From: Thermoplasmata archaeon
Lineage (GTDB): Archaea; Thermoplasmatota; Thermoplasmata; Lutacidiplasmatales; UBA184
DNA length: 64,000 nucleotides
Assembly (NCBI GenBank): GCA_022750055.1
Contig: JAKIWL010000003.1
Coordinates: forward strand, 55,300-119,299
Direction of reading: 5' to 3'
Shown: positions 26,779 to 35,719 of the stretch, one piece after another
Position numbering within the stretch: position 1 is the first letter of the stretch
Layout: each line of letters starts with the position of its first letter
Notes under the pieces: generated by a model
Databases searched by the model: none
Seen by the model: only the letters and a program-made list of their open reading frames with translations
What the model was told of the DNA's origin: nothing
Translations under genes and position numbers: made by a program

Positions 26779-26806
26779 CCGAGGGAGGCGGGTTCGACTC
26801 CCTCGG
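26779..26806 (+). other. perfect 9-bp inverted repeat hairpin (CCGAGGGAG-GCGGGTTCGA-CTCCCTCGG) with a T-loop-like GGTTCGA loop, 6 nt before the purF ATG
   Basis: Seen directly in the sequence between the rpl12 stop (26739) and the purF start (26812). It is preceded by TTCGTTTAAGA. Confidence 0.4.
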
Positions 26807-26811
26807 TCCTT

Positions 26812-28218
26812 ATGCCGGCGAGAGAGGCGTGCGGCGTCGTCGGGGTATCGCTCCAGGGTAAGGGGGCGACACCGTACCTCTACCGAGGGCTTCGCGCGCT
26901 CCAGCACCGAGGTCAGGAGTCCGCAGGGATCGCCACGAGCTCGCACGGGGCCCTCCACCATCGCCGGGGGATGGGCCTCGTTCACGACATCTTCACCCAG
27001 GACGTCATCGATGCGCTCCGCGGGACCGTCGGGATCGGCCACACTCGATATTCAACGACGGGGGGGTCGGGGGTCGAGAACGCGCAGCCGATCGTCTTCA
27101 AGCTGCGCGATGAGGATGGCGCGCTCGCCCACAACGGTGACATCGTCAACTACGAGCGTGTTCGACGGCGGCTCCAGATGCAGGGAGTCGAGTTCCTCGG
27201 GAGCGCCGACTCCGAGACGATGGCGCAGATGATCGCGCTCGAGTACGGCCGCTCTCGCGACCTGGAGGCGTCGGTCCGTCGGGCGTGCGCGGAGCTGGTC
27301 GGAGGCTATGCCGTGACGATGCTCGTCGGCAGCAAGCTCGTTGCCTTCCGAGACCCGCTCGGGATCCGTCCGCTCGTCCTCGGCACCGTGGATGGGGGCT
27401 TCGCCGTCGCGAGCGAATCGGTGGCGATCGAACTGATGGGGGGCCATCTCGTTCGGGACGTCCTGCCCGGCGAGGTCATCGTCATCGAACGCGGTCAGAC
27501 GCTCCACAGCTCCCGGATGGCCGGGATCGGCGAGCGGGCCCACTGCATGTTCGAGTGGGTCTACTTCTCGCGACCCGACTCGATCGCCGAGGGCCGCATG
27601 GTCTACGACGTCCGCCATCGTATCGGACGGCGCCTGGCGAAAGAGTCCCCCTCGGAATCCGACCTCGTCATCCCGGTGCCGGACTCCTCCCGCCCGCAGG
27701 CGCTCGGGTACTCCGAGGCGACGGGTATACCGTACGCCGAGGGGCTGATCAAGAACCGTTTCGTTGAGCGCACGTTCATCCTTCCGGACCAGAAGCGGCG
27801 CGAGGACGAAGTCCGGGTCAAGCTCCATCCGGTCCCCGGACTTCTGGAAGGGAAGCGGATCGTCCTCCTCGACGATTCGATCGTGCGCGGGACCACGCTT
27901 CGGGAGATCGTCCAGATGGTCCGGGCGGCCGGTGCGAAGCGCGTGGACGTTCGGATCGGCTGCCCGCCGATCATCGCCCCGTGCTACTTTGGCGTCGACA
28001 TGAAGGAACGCAAGGAACTCGTCGCGAACGGACGGACCGAGACGGAGGTGGCGGAAGTGGTCGGCGCCGACTCGGTCCACTACCTGTCGATGGCCGGCCT
28101 GGTCGAGGCCCTCGGACTTCCCCAGGAGAGCCTGTGCCTGGGCTGCCTGACCGGCCGCTACCCGGTCGAGGTGCCGGCGGAGCGCCGACGGTTCCAGAAA
28201 CTTCTCGAGGAGTACTAG
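26812..28218 (+). CDS. purF: amidophosphoribosyltransferase (glutamine PRPP amidotransferase)
   Basis: N-terminal ACGVVGV with a Cys nucleophile after a short propeptide. Ntn glutaminase domain, PRTase motif VLLDDSIVRGTT, and C-terminal cysteines CYFGVDM…CLGCLTG. Confidence 0.9.
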   Translation: MPAREACGVVGVSLQGKGATPYLYRGLRALQHRGQESAGIATSSHGALHHRRGMGLVHDIFTQDVIDALRGTVGIGHTRYSTTGGSGVENAQPIVFKLRDEDGALAHNGDIVNYERVRRRLQMQGVEFLGSADSETMAQMIALEYGRSRDLEASVRRACAELVGGYAVTMLVGSKLVAFRDPLGIRPLVLGTVDGGFAVASESVAIELMGGHLVRDVLPGEVIVIERGQTLHSSRMAGIGERAHCMFEWVYFSRPDSIAEGRMVYDVRHRIGRRLAKESPSESDLVIPVPDSSRPQALGYSEATGIPYAEGLIKNRFVERTFILPDQKRREDEVRVKLHPVPGLLEGKRIVLLDDSIVRGTTLREIVQMVRAAGAKRVDVRIGCPPIIAPCYFGVDMKERKELVANGRTETEVAEVVGADSVHYLSMAGLVEALGLPQESLCLGCLTGRYPVEVPAERRRFQKLLEEY

Positions 28219-28221
28219 CGC

Positions 28222-29118
28222 GTGCCGGCCGCCGTCCTCGTTCGAGGGGGCGGGAAGCTGTTCCTCGTCGACGTCGACTCTCGCCAGGTTCAGCCCCTCG
28301 GTCCGGACCCGGCCCGATCGCCCGGCGACCCAGCGGAACCGGATCCGCTTCGATCGGCCTTGTCGCGAACGGCTCTCGTCGGTTCGGTCCGAGCGACCGA
28401 CCCCTGGTTGCTCGAACGCCTCCAGCGTGCGCAGGTCCCGGCCCAGATCGCCTCGCTCGCCGAGTTCCGGATCGGCCGGGAAGCGATCCCATGGCCGCTG
28501 TTCCGGGCCGAGCGAGCGGCGGTGCTCTCGATGGCCCAGGAACGGTTCGCCGAGCTCCTCGCGTCGCCGGAGGAGACGCTGATCGCCCTCGCTCGGGAGG
28601 AGGAACGCCTCGAGCGGGTCCGGTCCCGCGAGCACGGCGCGGCGGGGCACTGGATCACTCCCGAGGTCGGCCCGATGGCCGAGTACGCATCGGACTGGGA
28701 CCGATTCCGGGGTGAGCTCGACCGCCATCACGACTCCTTGCTGGCTCGGCTCGAACGCGAGGCCGAGCGGACCGTGCCCAACCTCGCGGCGATCGTGGGT
28801 CCCCGCGTCGCCGCGCGGCTCGTGGCGGCCGCCGGGGGGCTCGGCGCGCTTGGACGCATGTCCGCGTCGCGATTGCAACTTCTCGGCGCTCGTCGCCGCG
28901 CCGGAGGGAACCGCGGACCGAAGTACGGCGTCCTCGCGAGGAGCGTCTATGCGCCGGAGGTACCGCCCGGAGCACGCGGCGGATATGCGAGGAGCCTCGC
29001 GGCCCTCGCGGCCATCGCCGCCCGGGCGGATGCGAGCACCCGTGCGTCCGTCGCTCCGGCCCTGCTCGCCCGTCGCGACCGCCGGCTCCGGACCCTGCAG
29101 CGGAGGTACGCGACATGA
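28222..29118 (+). CDS. nop5: C/D box sRNP protein Nop5 (Nop56/58 homolog)
   Basis: NOP domain NLAAIVGPRVAARLVAAAGGLGALGRMSASRLQLLGA…PKYGVL. ATGA overlap with the fibrillarin start. Confidence 0.8.
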   Translation: MPAAVLVRGGGKLFLVDVDSRQVQPLGPDPARSPGDPAEPDPLRSALSRTALVGSVRATDPWLLERLQRAQVPAQIASLAEFRIGREAIPWPLFRAERAAVLSMAQERFAELLASPEETLIALAREEERLERVRSREHGAAGHWITPEVGPMAEYASDWDRFRGELDRHHDSLLARLEREAERTVPNLAAIVGPRVAARLVAAAGGLGALGRMSASRLQLLGARRRAGGNRGPKYGVLARSVYAPEVPPGARGGYARSLAALAAIAARADASTRASVAPALLARRDRRLRTLQRRYAT

Positions 29119-29885
29119 GAACGAGGACCCCGTACACTTCGCTCGCTCGATCGCCTCGTCTCCACCGCCGTTCCGGCGACGACCCGGAGAGCTACTGGAC
29201 CCAGGCGCTCGGGGCTCCGCCCTCCGTCTACGGGGAACGGATCGTCGAAGCGGCGATGGGAACACTTCGCCGGTGGGACCCGAACCGAAGCAAGCTCGGA
29301 GCCGCGATCACCAAGGGTTGGACGGAGCCGCTTCCCCAGCCCGGCGAGCGATGGCTCTACCTGGGTGCGGCCTCGGGCACGACGGCTTCCCACCTCGCCG
29401 ACCTGCTCGGCCCGGACGGCGCGCTCTATGCTGTCGAGAAGAGCATCCGACCCTTCGGCCGCCTGCTCGAGCTCGCCGGGCGGTATCCAAACCTAGCGCC
29501 CCTGCTCTCCGACGCGCGTCACTGGGAGGAGTTCGTGGGGATCGTTCCGCCGGTCGAGGGCCTCTACGTGGACATCGCCCAACCGGATCAGGTCGGGATC
29601 GCTCTGGACTGCGCGCGGCGGTTCCTGAAGGGAAGCGGCGCGCTCCTGCTCGCGCTGAAGACCTCGAGCATGGGAAGGGAGGCCGGCCCTCGGGGCCACC
29701 TCGACCGTTCCCTCGAGGCGATCGAGGACGGATTCGTGGTCGAAGCGACCCTCGCGCTCGACCCGTTCCATCGCAAACACTATCTCATCGGCGCCCGGGC
29801 GACGCGTCGACTGGTCCGCCCGGCGGAGCGGGCTGGCGGGGCGAGGCTCACGCGCCCCGCGACCCACGCTGCACGACCACGGTGA
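29115..29885 (+). CDS. flpA: fibrillarin-like rRNA/tRNA 2'-O-methyltransferase
   Basis: SVYGERIVEAAMGTLRRWDPNRSKLGAAI…WLYLGAASGTTASHLADLLGPDGALYAVEKSIR matches the fibrillarin SAM-binding region. Confidence 0.85.
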   Translation: MRTRTPYTSLARSPRLHRRSGDDPESYWTQALGAPPSVYGERIVEAAMGTLRRWDPNRSKLGAAITKGWTEPLPQPGERWLYLGAASGTTASHLADLLGPDGALYAVEKSIRPFGRLLELAGRYPNLAPLLSDARHWEEFVGIVPPVEGLYVDIAQPDQVGIALDCARRFLKGSGALLLALKTSSMGREAGPRGHLDRSLEAIEDGFVVEATLALDPFHRKHYLIGARATRRLVRPAERAGGARLTRPATHAARPR

Positions 29886-30963
29886 CGACGTCCTCGTCGG
29901 CCAGGACATGCTCCCGTCCGACCGTCTGACCGGGGAAGCGCGCACTCGGCCCCCAGATCTGCGCCGCCTTGAAAGAGCGGTCGAGCTCGCCGGGGAGCCG
30001 TATCAGCAGCTCGGCGACCCGCTGACCTCGCCGGAGGATGACCGGCTCTTCGCGGTCGGGCGGCTTGCCGGGGGGTTTCATGTAGATCCGGATGAACGCG
30101 AGCGCCCGGCCCACCCCGTCCACCAGCTCCCGCAGCCCGACCCGATCCCGCGCCGAGGTGAACAGGACCTCGAAGGGGCGAAGTTTGGCCGCCAGACTGA
30201 CGCGCTGACTCAGGGTCATGAGGTCGGCCTTGTTGACCGTCAGGATCGCCGGAATGTACACCCGATTCCCGGCGAGGGCGTCGATCAGGTCGTCCGGGGT
30301 GCTGTCCTCTCGAAAGACGATCTGTCCGTTGTGCAAACCGAACTCCCGGGCGATCGGGCTCGCGAGGCCCCCCGCGAGGTGGGTGAGCTTCACGGTGCTC
30401 GTGACAGTGAGCCCGCCCCGGTCGGCCCGGGTGATCACGATCTTAGGTGGCCGTCCATTGATCCGGACCCCGGCTCCCTCGAGCTCGTTGCGAAGCGCCC
30501 AGAAGTCGGTGTGGTCCGGGTCGATCATGAACAAGATCAGGTCGACCGAGCGGACGACGGAGAGGACCTCCCGGCCCCGCCCCCGGCCCTTCGCCGCGCC
30601 CGGTACCAGACCGGGCATGTCCAGGATCTGGATCGATGCGCCGCCCCAGCGCAGCATCCCCGGAATGATCGAGACCGTGGTGAAGTCGTAGGCCGCGGCC
30701 TCGCTTGCCGCGCCGGTCAAGGCCGTGAGGAGCGTCGATTTCCCGACCGACGGATACCCGACCAGCCCGACGGTCGCATGTCCGGATTTGCGGACGGCGT
30801 ACCCGAGGCCGCCTCCCTTGCCCTTGGCCCGAGTCTCCCGTTCGAGTCGCAGGACCGCAAGCTTCGCCTTCAGGCGCCCGATGTGATGCTGGGTCGCCTT
30901 GTTGTACTGGGTGTTTCGGATCTCGTCCTCGACCTCCGTGATCTGCTCTTCGAGCGAGGACAC
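29848..30963 (-). CDS. developmentally regulated GTP-binding protein (DRG/Rbg1-like Obg-family GTPase with TGS domain)
   Basis: N-terminal EIRNTQYNKATQHHIGRLKAKLAVLR. G1 motif GYPSVGKSTLLTALTG. C-terminal TGS. Confidence 0.8.
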   Translation of the reverse strand: MSSLEEQITEVEDEIRNTQYNKATQHHIGRLKAKLAVLRLERETRAKGKGGGLGYAVRKSGHATVGLVGYPSVGKSTLLTALTGAASEAAAYDFTTVSIIPGMLRWGGASIQILDMPGLVPGAAKGRGRGREVLSVVRSVDLILFMIDPDHTDFWALRNELEGAGVRINGRPPKIVITRADRGGLTVTSTVKLTHLAGGLASPIAREFGLHNGQIVFREDSTPDDLIDALAGNRVYIPAILTVNKADLMTLSQRVSLAAKLRPFEVLFTSARDRVGLRELVDGVGRALAFIRIYMKPPGKPPDREEPVILRRGQRVAELLIRLPGELDRSFKAAQIWGPSARFPGQTVGREHVLADEDVVTVVVQRGSRGA

Positions 30964-31187
30964 GGGAGAACTGACCCCGCCGAACGGACCGGGGAGCCTA
31001 CTTGACGATGGCGCGGTGCCAGTCGAGGTATCCGACGGAGGATTCCGACCTTCCGGGAGCTACGGCGCGCTCCAGCGCAGAAACGCTTTTAACGAGGGTC
31101 ACACTCGTTCAGTCGAATGCGACGGTCGTCGTTGGGTGGGTAACCCCCCCGCGGGTCCCCAACCTGGGTTTTTCGCCGGTCTTCTCG

Positions 31188-31730
31188 ATGGATGTCTTCG
31201 AGGCCATTCGCACATTCCGACCCTGCCGGCAGTTCCAGCCGCGGCCGGTGCCCACCGAGAAGCTCCGCGCCGTCCTCTCGGCCGCCCGGCTAGCACCCTC
31301 CCAAGGTAATCTTCAACCCTGGCGGTTCGTCGTGGTTCAGGACGACGAACGCAAGCGGCTCCTCGCCCAGGCCTGCGTCAAGGGGAAACCCGTCGCCGAG
31401 GCGCCGGTCGTCGTCGTCGCCTTCTCGGTCGAGGAGGACATCCCCGTCACCGTCGGCGGGTACATGTCGGCCTATCCCCTCGATGTGGCCGTGGCCGTGG
31501 GTCATCTCCAATTGGCGGCTACGTCGGAGGGTCTGGGCAGCGCGTGGATCGTCGACTTCCACGAGGAGAAGGTTCGCGCGGTCCTGAAGGTCCCCGAGGG
31601 AATCCACCCGATCGCGATCATCCCGATCGGCTACGCCGCCGACCAGAACGGCGGGGTTCGAGTCCCGGTCCCTGGCGAGGGCAGGAAGAGCCCGGACGAG
31701 ATCGTGGCCTACAACGAGTACGCCTGGTAG
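31188..31730 (+). CDS. nitroreductase family protein
   Basis: Start at the internal ATG 31188. MDVFEAIRTFRPCRQFQPRPVPTEKLRAVLSAARLAPSQGNLQPWRFVVVQDDE is the nitroreductase N-terminal signature. Confidence 0.7.
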   Translation: MDVFEAIRTFRPCRQFQPRPVPTEKLRAVLSAARLAPSQGNLQPWRFVVVQDDERKRLLAQACVKGKPVAEAPVVVVAFSVEEDIPVTVGGYMSAYPLDVAVAVGHLQLAATSEGLGSAWIVDFHEEKVRAVLKVPEGIHPIAIIPIGYAADQNGGVRVPVPGEGRKSPDEIVAYNEYAW

Positions 31731-31733
31731 GGC

Positions 31734-32303
31734 ATGCGCGTCACCTTCGTGACGTCGAATCCGAACAAATACCGCGAGGTTCGACGGATTCTCCGTCCGT
31801 TCGGGATCTCGGTGGACTGGCGTCGACTCGAACTGCCGGAACCTCAGGCGGACTCCCTGGCGGAGGTCGTTCGAGCGAAGCTCGCGCACATCCCTCGTCG
31901 ACGGGGGGTATTGCTCGTCGAGGACTCGGGCCTCTTCCTCAAGGGATTGGGGGGGTTTCCCGGGGTCTACGCGCGCTACGTTTACGGAACGATCGGACTT
32001 CCCGGAGTACTACGTCTCCTGAAGGGGAAGGGTCGGAGTGCGGTGTTCCGAACCGTGGCCGGGGTACGCCATGGACGCTCGGTCTGGCTGATCGAAGGAC
32101 GCTCTACCGGATCGATCGCCCTGACCGCCCGAGGGTCGAACGGATTCGGATACGACCCGGTCTTCGTCCCCACCGGGAGCGATCGGACCTACGCCCAGAT
32201 GACCGCCGTCGAGAAGGACCGGACCTCCCACCGCGCTCGAGCGATGCGCGGGGTCGGGCGGAAGCTCGTCAAGGCTCGGGCACGCCGAAACGGGTCGGCG
32301 TGA
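31734..32303 (+). CDS. non-canonical purine NTP pyrophosphatase (RdgB/HAM1 ITPase)
   Basis: MRVTFVTSNPNKYREV… and …GFGYDPVF, as in the HAM1 family. Confidence 0.8.
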   Translation: MRVTFVTSNPNKYREVRRILRPFGISVDWRRLELPEPQADSLAEVVRAKLAHIPRRRGVLLVEDSGLFLKGLGGFPGVYARYVYGTIGLPGVLRLLKGKGRSAVFRTVAGVRHGRSVWLIEGRSTGSIALTARGSNGFGYDPVFVPTGSDRTYAQMTAVEKDRTSHRARAMRGVGRKLVKARARRNGSA

Positions 32304-32402
32304 TCCGGGTCGAACGAAACGGGGTCCATCGGTGAACGGGCCGCTCCCGGGCGATCGGCCCGGTGAGCCGCGAAGTGGTTGGTCTGGGGGCGAACGGCCG
32401 CC

Positions 32403-34076
32403 CTAGTCCTCGCCGAAGTCGCCGCCGCCCATTCCGCCCATGCCACCCATGCCGCCCATCCCGCCGCCGCCTCCCCCGCCGCCCCCGGAGGGCGGTGGGC
32501 TTGACTTCGACGCGATGACGTCATCGATGCGCAGGATCATCACCGCAGCGTCGGTGGCCGACTCGATCGCCTGGCGACCCACGCGGATCGGCTCGATCAC
32601 GTGCAGGGTCAGCATGTCGTCGACCTTTCCGTCGCGGACGTTCACACCGGCGTTCCTCTTCCCACCCTTGTGCGACTTGCGTAGTTCGATGAGGATGTCG
32701 ATCGGGTCAAGACCTGCGTTCTCCGCGAGCGTCCTCGGCACGGTCTCGAGCGCCTCGGCGAAGCTCTCGAACGCGAGCTGCTCCCGCCCTCCGACCTTGG
32801 ACGCCTCGTCCCGCAGGGCCATCGCGATCTCGGAGGCCGCCGCGCCTCCGCCGATCACGTAACGGCCATCCTCGACGGCGACCGCCACGACGTTGAGTGC
32901 ATCTTCGAGCGAGCGCTCGATCTCGTCCAGTACGTGCTCGGTCCCACCGCGGATGAGGATCGAGACGGCCTTGGCCTTCTTCGCGCCGGTGACGAACGTG
33001 AGCGAGTCCTCCCCGATCTTGCGTTCCTCGACCAATCCAGCAGTTCCGACGTCCTCCGGGGTCAGTTCGCTCACCTTGGAGACGATGTTCGCGCCCGTCG
33101 CCTTGGCGAGCTTTTCCATGTCCGACTTCTTGACCCGCCGGACCGCGTAGATCCCCTCCTTTGCGAGGTAGTGTTGCGCGAGGTCGTCGATCCCCTTCTG
33201 GCAGAACACGGCGTTGGCTCCGCTCTTCTTCACCTGGTCGACCATGCGGCGGAGCATGCTCTCCTCCTCCTGGAGGAAGGCGTTCAACTGCGACGGGTCG
33301 TTGATCTCGATCTTCGCGTCGATCTCGGTCTTCTTGATCTCGAGAGCGGCATCAAGGAGGGCGATCTTCGGCTCGGCGACCCGGGTGGGCATCCCGGAAT
33401 GGACCTTCTCCTTGTCAACGATGACCCCTTCGATCAGCTGGGTGTCGGTCATGGCGCCGCCCTGCTTCTTGACGATCTGAATGTTGTCGAGGTCCACATA
33501 GGTGGAGGCCTCGTTCTTCTCTGCCACGGCGGTGACAGCCTTCACGGCGATCTCCCCTAGGGCATCGCGGTTGTACGAGACCGACTTCGAGGCCATCGAG
33601 GTGACGGCGATCCGCTGGAGCGTCTCGTAGTCGTCGGTCTTCAGCGAGGTGGAGATCGAGTTCAGGACCTCGAGAGCCTTCTTGGACGCGAGCCGGTACC
33701 CTTGCGAGATGATCGTCGGGTGGATGTTCTGCTCGATGAGGCCCTCGGCCCGCTTGAGGAGCTCCCCGGCGAGGATCACGGCGGTCGTGGTGCCATCTCC
33801 CGCCTCCTGGTCCTGGGTCTTGGCGACCTCGACGAGCATCTTCGCCGCGGGATGCTCGACGTCCATCTCCTTTAGGATCGTGACCCCGTCGTTCGTCACG
33901 ACCACGTCACCCATCGAGTCCACGAGCATCTTGTCGAGGCCCCGCGGGCCCAGGGTCGAACGGACCGCATCGGCGATCGCCTTTGCGGCCGCAATATTGT
34001 TCGAGAGCGCGCCGCGTCCCTTCTCTCGCCTCGTCCCTTCGCGCAGCACCAGAATCGGCGTTTGACCAGACATCAT
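32403..34076 (-). CDS. ths: thermosome subunit (group II chaperonin, Cpn60/TCP-1 family)
   Basis: [26 protein letters not shown]…[16 protein letters not shown] and a C-terminal [12 protein letters not shown] tail. Confidence 0.95.
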   Translation of the reverse strand: MMSGQTPILVLREGTRREKGRGALSNNIAAAKAIADAVRSTLGPRGLDKMLVDSMGDVVVTNDGVTILKEMDVEHPAAKMLVEVAKTQDQEAGDGTTTAVILAGELLKRAEGLIEQNIHPTIISQGYRLASKKALEVLNSISTSLKTDDYETLQRIAVTSMASKSVSYNRDALGEIAVKAVTAVAEKNEASTYVDLDNIQIVKKQGGAMTDTQLIEGVIVDKEKVHSGMPTRVAEPKIALLDAALEIKKTEIDAKIEINDPSQLNAFLQEEESMLRRMVDQVKKSGANAVFCQKGIDDLAQHYLAKEGIYAVRRVKKSDMEKLAKATGANIVSKVSELTPEDVGTAGLVEERKIGEDSLTFVTGAKKAKAVSILIRGGTEHVLDEIERSLEDALNVVAVAVEDGRYVIGGGAAASEIAMALRDEASKVGGREQLAFESFAEALETVPRTLAENAGLDPIDILIELRKSHKGGKRNAGVNVRDGKVDDMLTLHVIEPIRVGRQAIESATDAAVMILRIDDVIASKSSPPPSGGGGGGGGGMGGMGGMGGMGGGDFGED

Positions 34077-34325
34077 GGTTGTTTTCCTAGCCCGAGATTA
34101 CTCTCGGTCGTCAGCACAAGTAGATTAGCACTCGTATTTAAAGTAGAGCTATCGGTCCTCTGGAGTCCTGGAATCGTTTCCGCCTCCCGGCGGATCGCCG
34201 AACCACTGGCTCGCCGATCTCCCTGACCGTGCTTGGCAGGCCGGGGTCGGAGGAACGTGGGGCCCAGAGGGGTCAGGGTCCAGAGCCGGTGCCGCCCTTG
34301 CCGAAAGTGTGGGGGGGGTCCGGTC

Positions 34326-35129
34326 TCATCGACCCAACCGTCTCTGTCTCGTCTGGAACGACCGGATCGCCCGGAGAAAATCGATCTTTGTGAGCCCGGG
34401 CCACATGACGTCGGCGAAATAGAGCTCCGCGTAGGCCGACTGCCACAGAAGGAAGTTGGAGATCCGTTCCTCGCCGCTCGTACGGAACACGAGGTCGGGA
34501 TCGGGCATGTCAGCGGTGTAGAGGCGTCCCGAAACGGTCCCGGAATCGATCGCTTCGGGAGAGATCCGGCCTGCCGCGACGTCCCGGGCGATCGCTCGGA
34601 TGGCCTCGACGATCTCCTCCCTCCCCCCGTAGGCGATGGCGATGTTGTACCGGTAGTCGTCATAGGCCTCGGTGGCGGCCTCCGCCTTGCGGATCGCCTC
34701 CTGGACCTCGGGCGGCAGCATCGAGAGGTTCCCGATCGTCTTGACCCGTATTCGGTACCGGTGCACCCGTTCGTCAACGGCGATCTTCTCGAAGCTCTCC
34801 CGGAACAGCGCCATGAGCGTGCGGAGCTCCTCCTCGGATCGGCCGAGGTTCTCCGTCGAGAGTGCGTAGACGGTTAGGATCCGAATTCCGATCTCGAGGC
34901 ACCAGTCGAGGAGCTCCTCGAGCTTGTCCTTGCCCCTCAGGTGGCCCTCCTCGACCAGGAGGCCGTGCCCGACGGCGAAGCGTCGGTTCCCGTCCATGAT
35001 GATGGCGACATGGCGAGGGATCGGTTCGGCCCGGACCCGGGAGAGCAGAGTTTTCTCGGTGGCGTCCCGGAAGGCGCCGGCCACCGCCTGGGAGAGGTAC
35101 TTGGGAGGAGGCTGATCCCGGGCCGGCAC
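34326..35129 (-). CDS. uppS: cis-prenyltransferase (undecaprenyl/tritrans,polycis-polyprenyl diphosphate synthase)
   Basis: HVAIIMDGNRRFA and RTSGEERISNFLLWQSAYAELYF motifs. Confidence 0.85.
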   Translation of the reverse strand: MPARDQPPPKYLSQAVAGAFRDATEKTLLSRVRAEPIPRHVAIIMDGNRRFAVGHGLLVEEGHLRGKDKLEELLDWCLEIGIRILTVYALSTENLGRSEEELRTLMALFRESFEKIAVDERVHRYRIRVKTIGNLSMLPPEVQEAIRKAEAATEAYDDYRYNIAIAYGGREEIVEAIRAIARDVAAGRISPEAIDSGTVSGRLYTADMPDPDLVFRTSGEERISNFLLWQSAYAELYFADVMWPGLTKIDFLRAIRSFQTRQRRLGR

Positions 35130-35216
35130 GGCCCCGGCGCGAGTCCGGGCCGGGGATTAAGCTATGCAGTCGTTCGCTGACGAGCGAGGGGCCGACGCCT
35201 CGCCCGGGGCGAGGAG

Positions 35217-35322
35217 CGCCCTGGTCGGGATTTCCGGCACCGGAGGGTGCGCCTCCGGGGACGTTCGAACCCGAGTCCCAGGCTCGACAGACCTAGATCC
35301 TAGACCACTAGACTACCAGGGC
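35217..35322 (-). tRNA. tRNA-Asp (anticodon GUC) with a ~33-nt non-canonical intron between T-loop and T-stem 3' strand (plus coordinates ~35230..35262)
   Basis: The minus strand reads GCCCTGG-TA-GTCT-AGTGGTCTA-GGAT-C-TAGGT-CTGTCGA-GCCTG-GGAC-TCGGG-TTCGAAC-[GTCCCCGGAGGCGCACCCTCCGGTGCCGGAAAT]-CCCGA-CCAGGGC-G. Acceptor and T-stems are perfect only with the bracketed segment removed. The D-arm is nearly identical to that of tRNA-Glu. Confidence 0.5.
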
Positions 35323-35719
35323 ACTCGGACGGCGGTAGGTTCCCCCTCTCTTGAACCTTGCGAAGGAGGACGCAGTGGGGACCGAAATCCGGTCGGCCCC
35401 ATCGATCGGAAGCGCCCGGGTCCGACCTCTCGAGGGTAGGACTCGACGGTCCGCGCTCCCGCTCTTCCAGTGGAGCTTTTCGTTTTATCTAGGGGAACCG
35501 CACCAAACCGGTAACCCCAGGGGTAGGAATATGGGGGCAACGTTGGCGTGGTTTACGACGGTAGTGCTGATCTATGCGGGGGTCCTCCTGCTGGTCCATA
35601 TGGGAGTGGACACCGGAGGGATCTTGGGAACTTTCCTGACGGGCGCGGAACATTCTCTCGCCCACCCCGTCTCGTTCCCGTAGCGGTACTCGGTTCCAAG
35701 GCCCCCGGCCGAGGTCGCC

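Noticed and set aside
26779-26806. T-loop-like GGTTCGACTCC hairpin as a tRNA or tRNA fragment
   Set aside because: No acceptor, D or anticodon arms can be built around it. It is a simple 9-bp inverted repeat.
27052-29265. 737-aa ORF on the minus strand
   Set aside because: It is antisense to purF, nop5 and fibrillarin, all of which have unmistakable family signatures. Its translation is Arg/Pro/Gly-rich low complexity typical of a wrong frame in high-GC DNA.
32403-32470. GGMGGMGGM tandem repeat and the Pro-rich repeats at 3165-3620 as possible CRISPR or tandem-repeat loci
   Set aside because: Both lie inside well-supported coding frames (thermosome C-terminal tail; linker of the large protein). 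No direct-repeat/spacer periodicity is present anywhere in the window.
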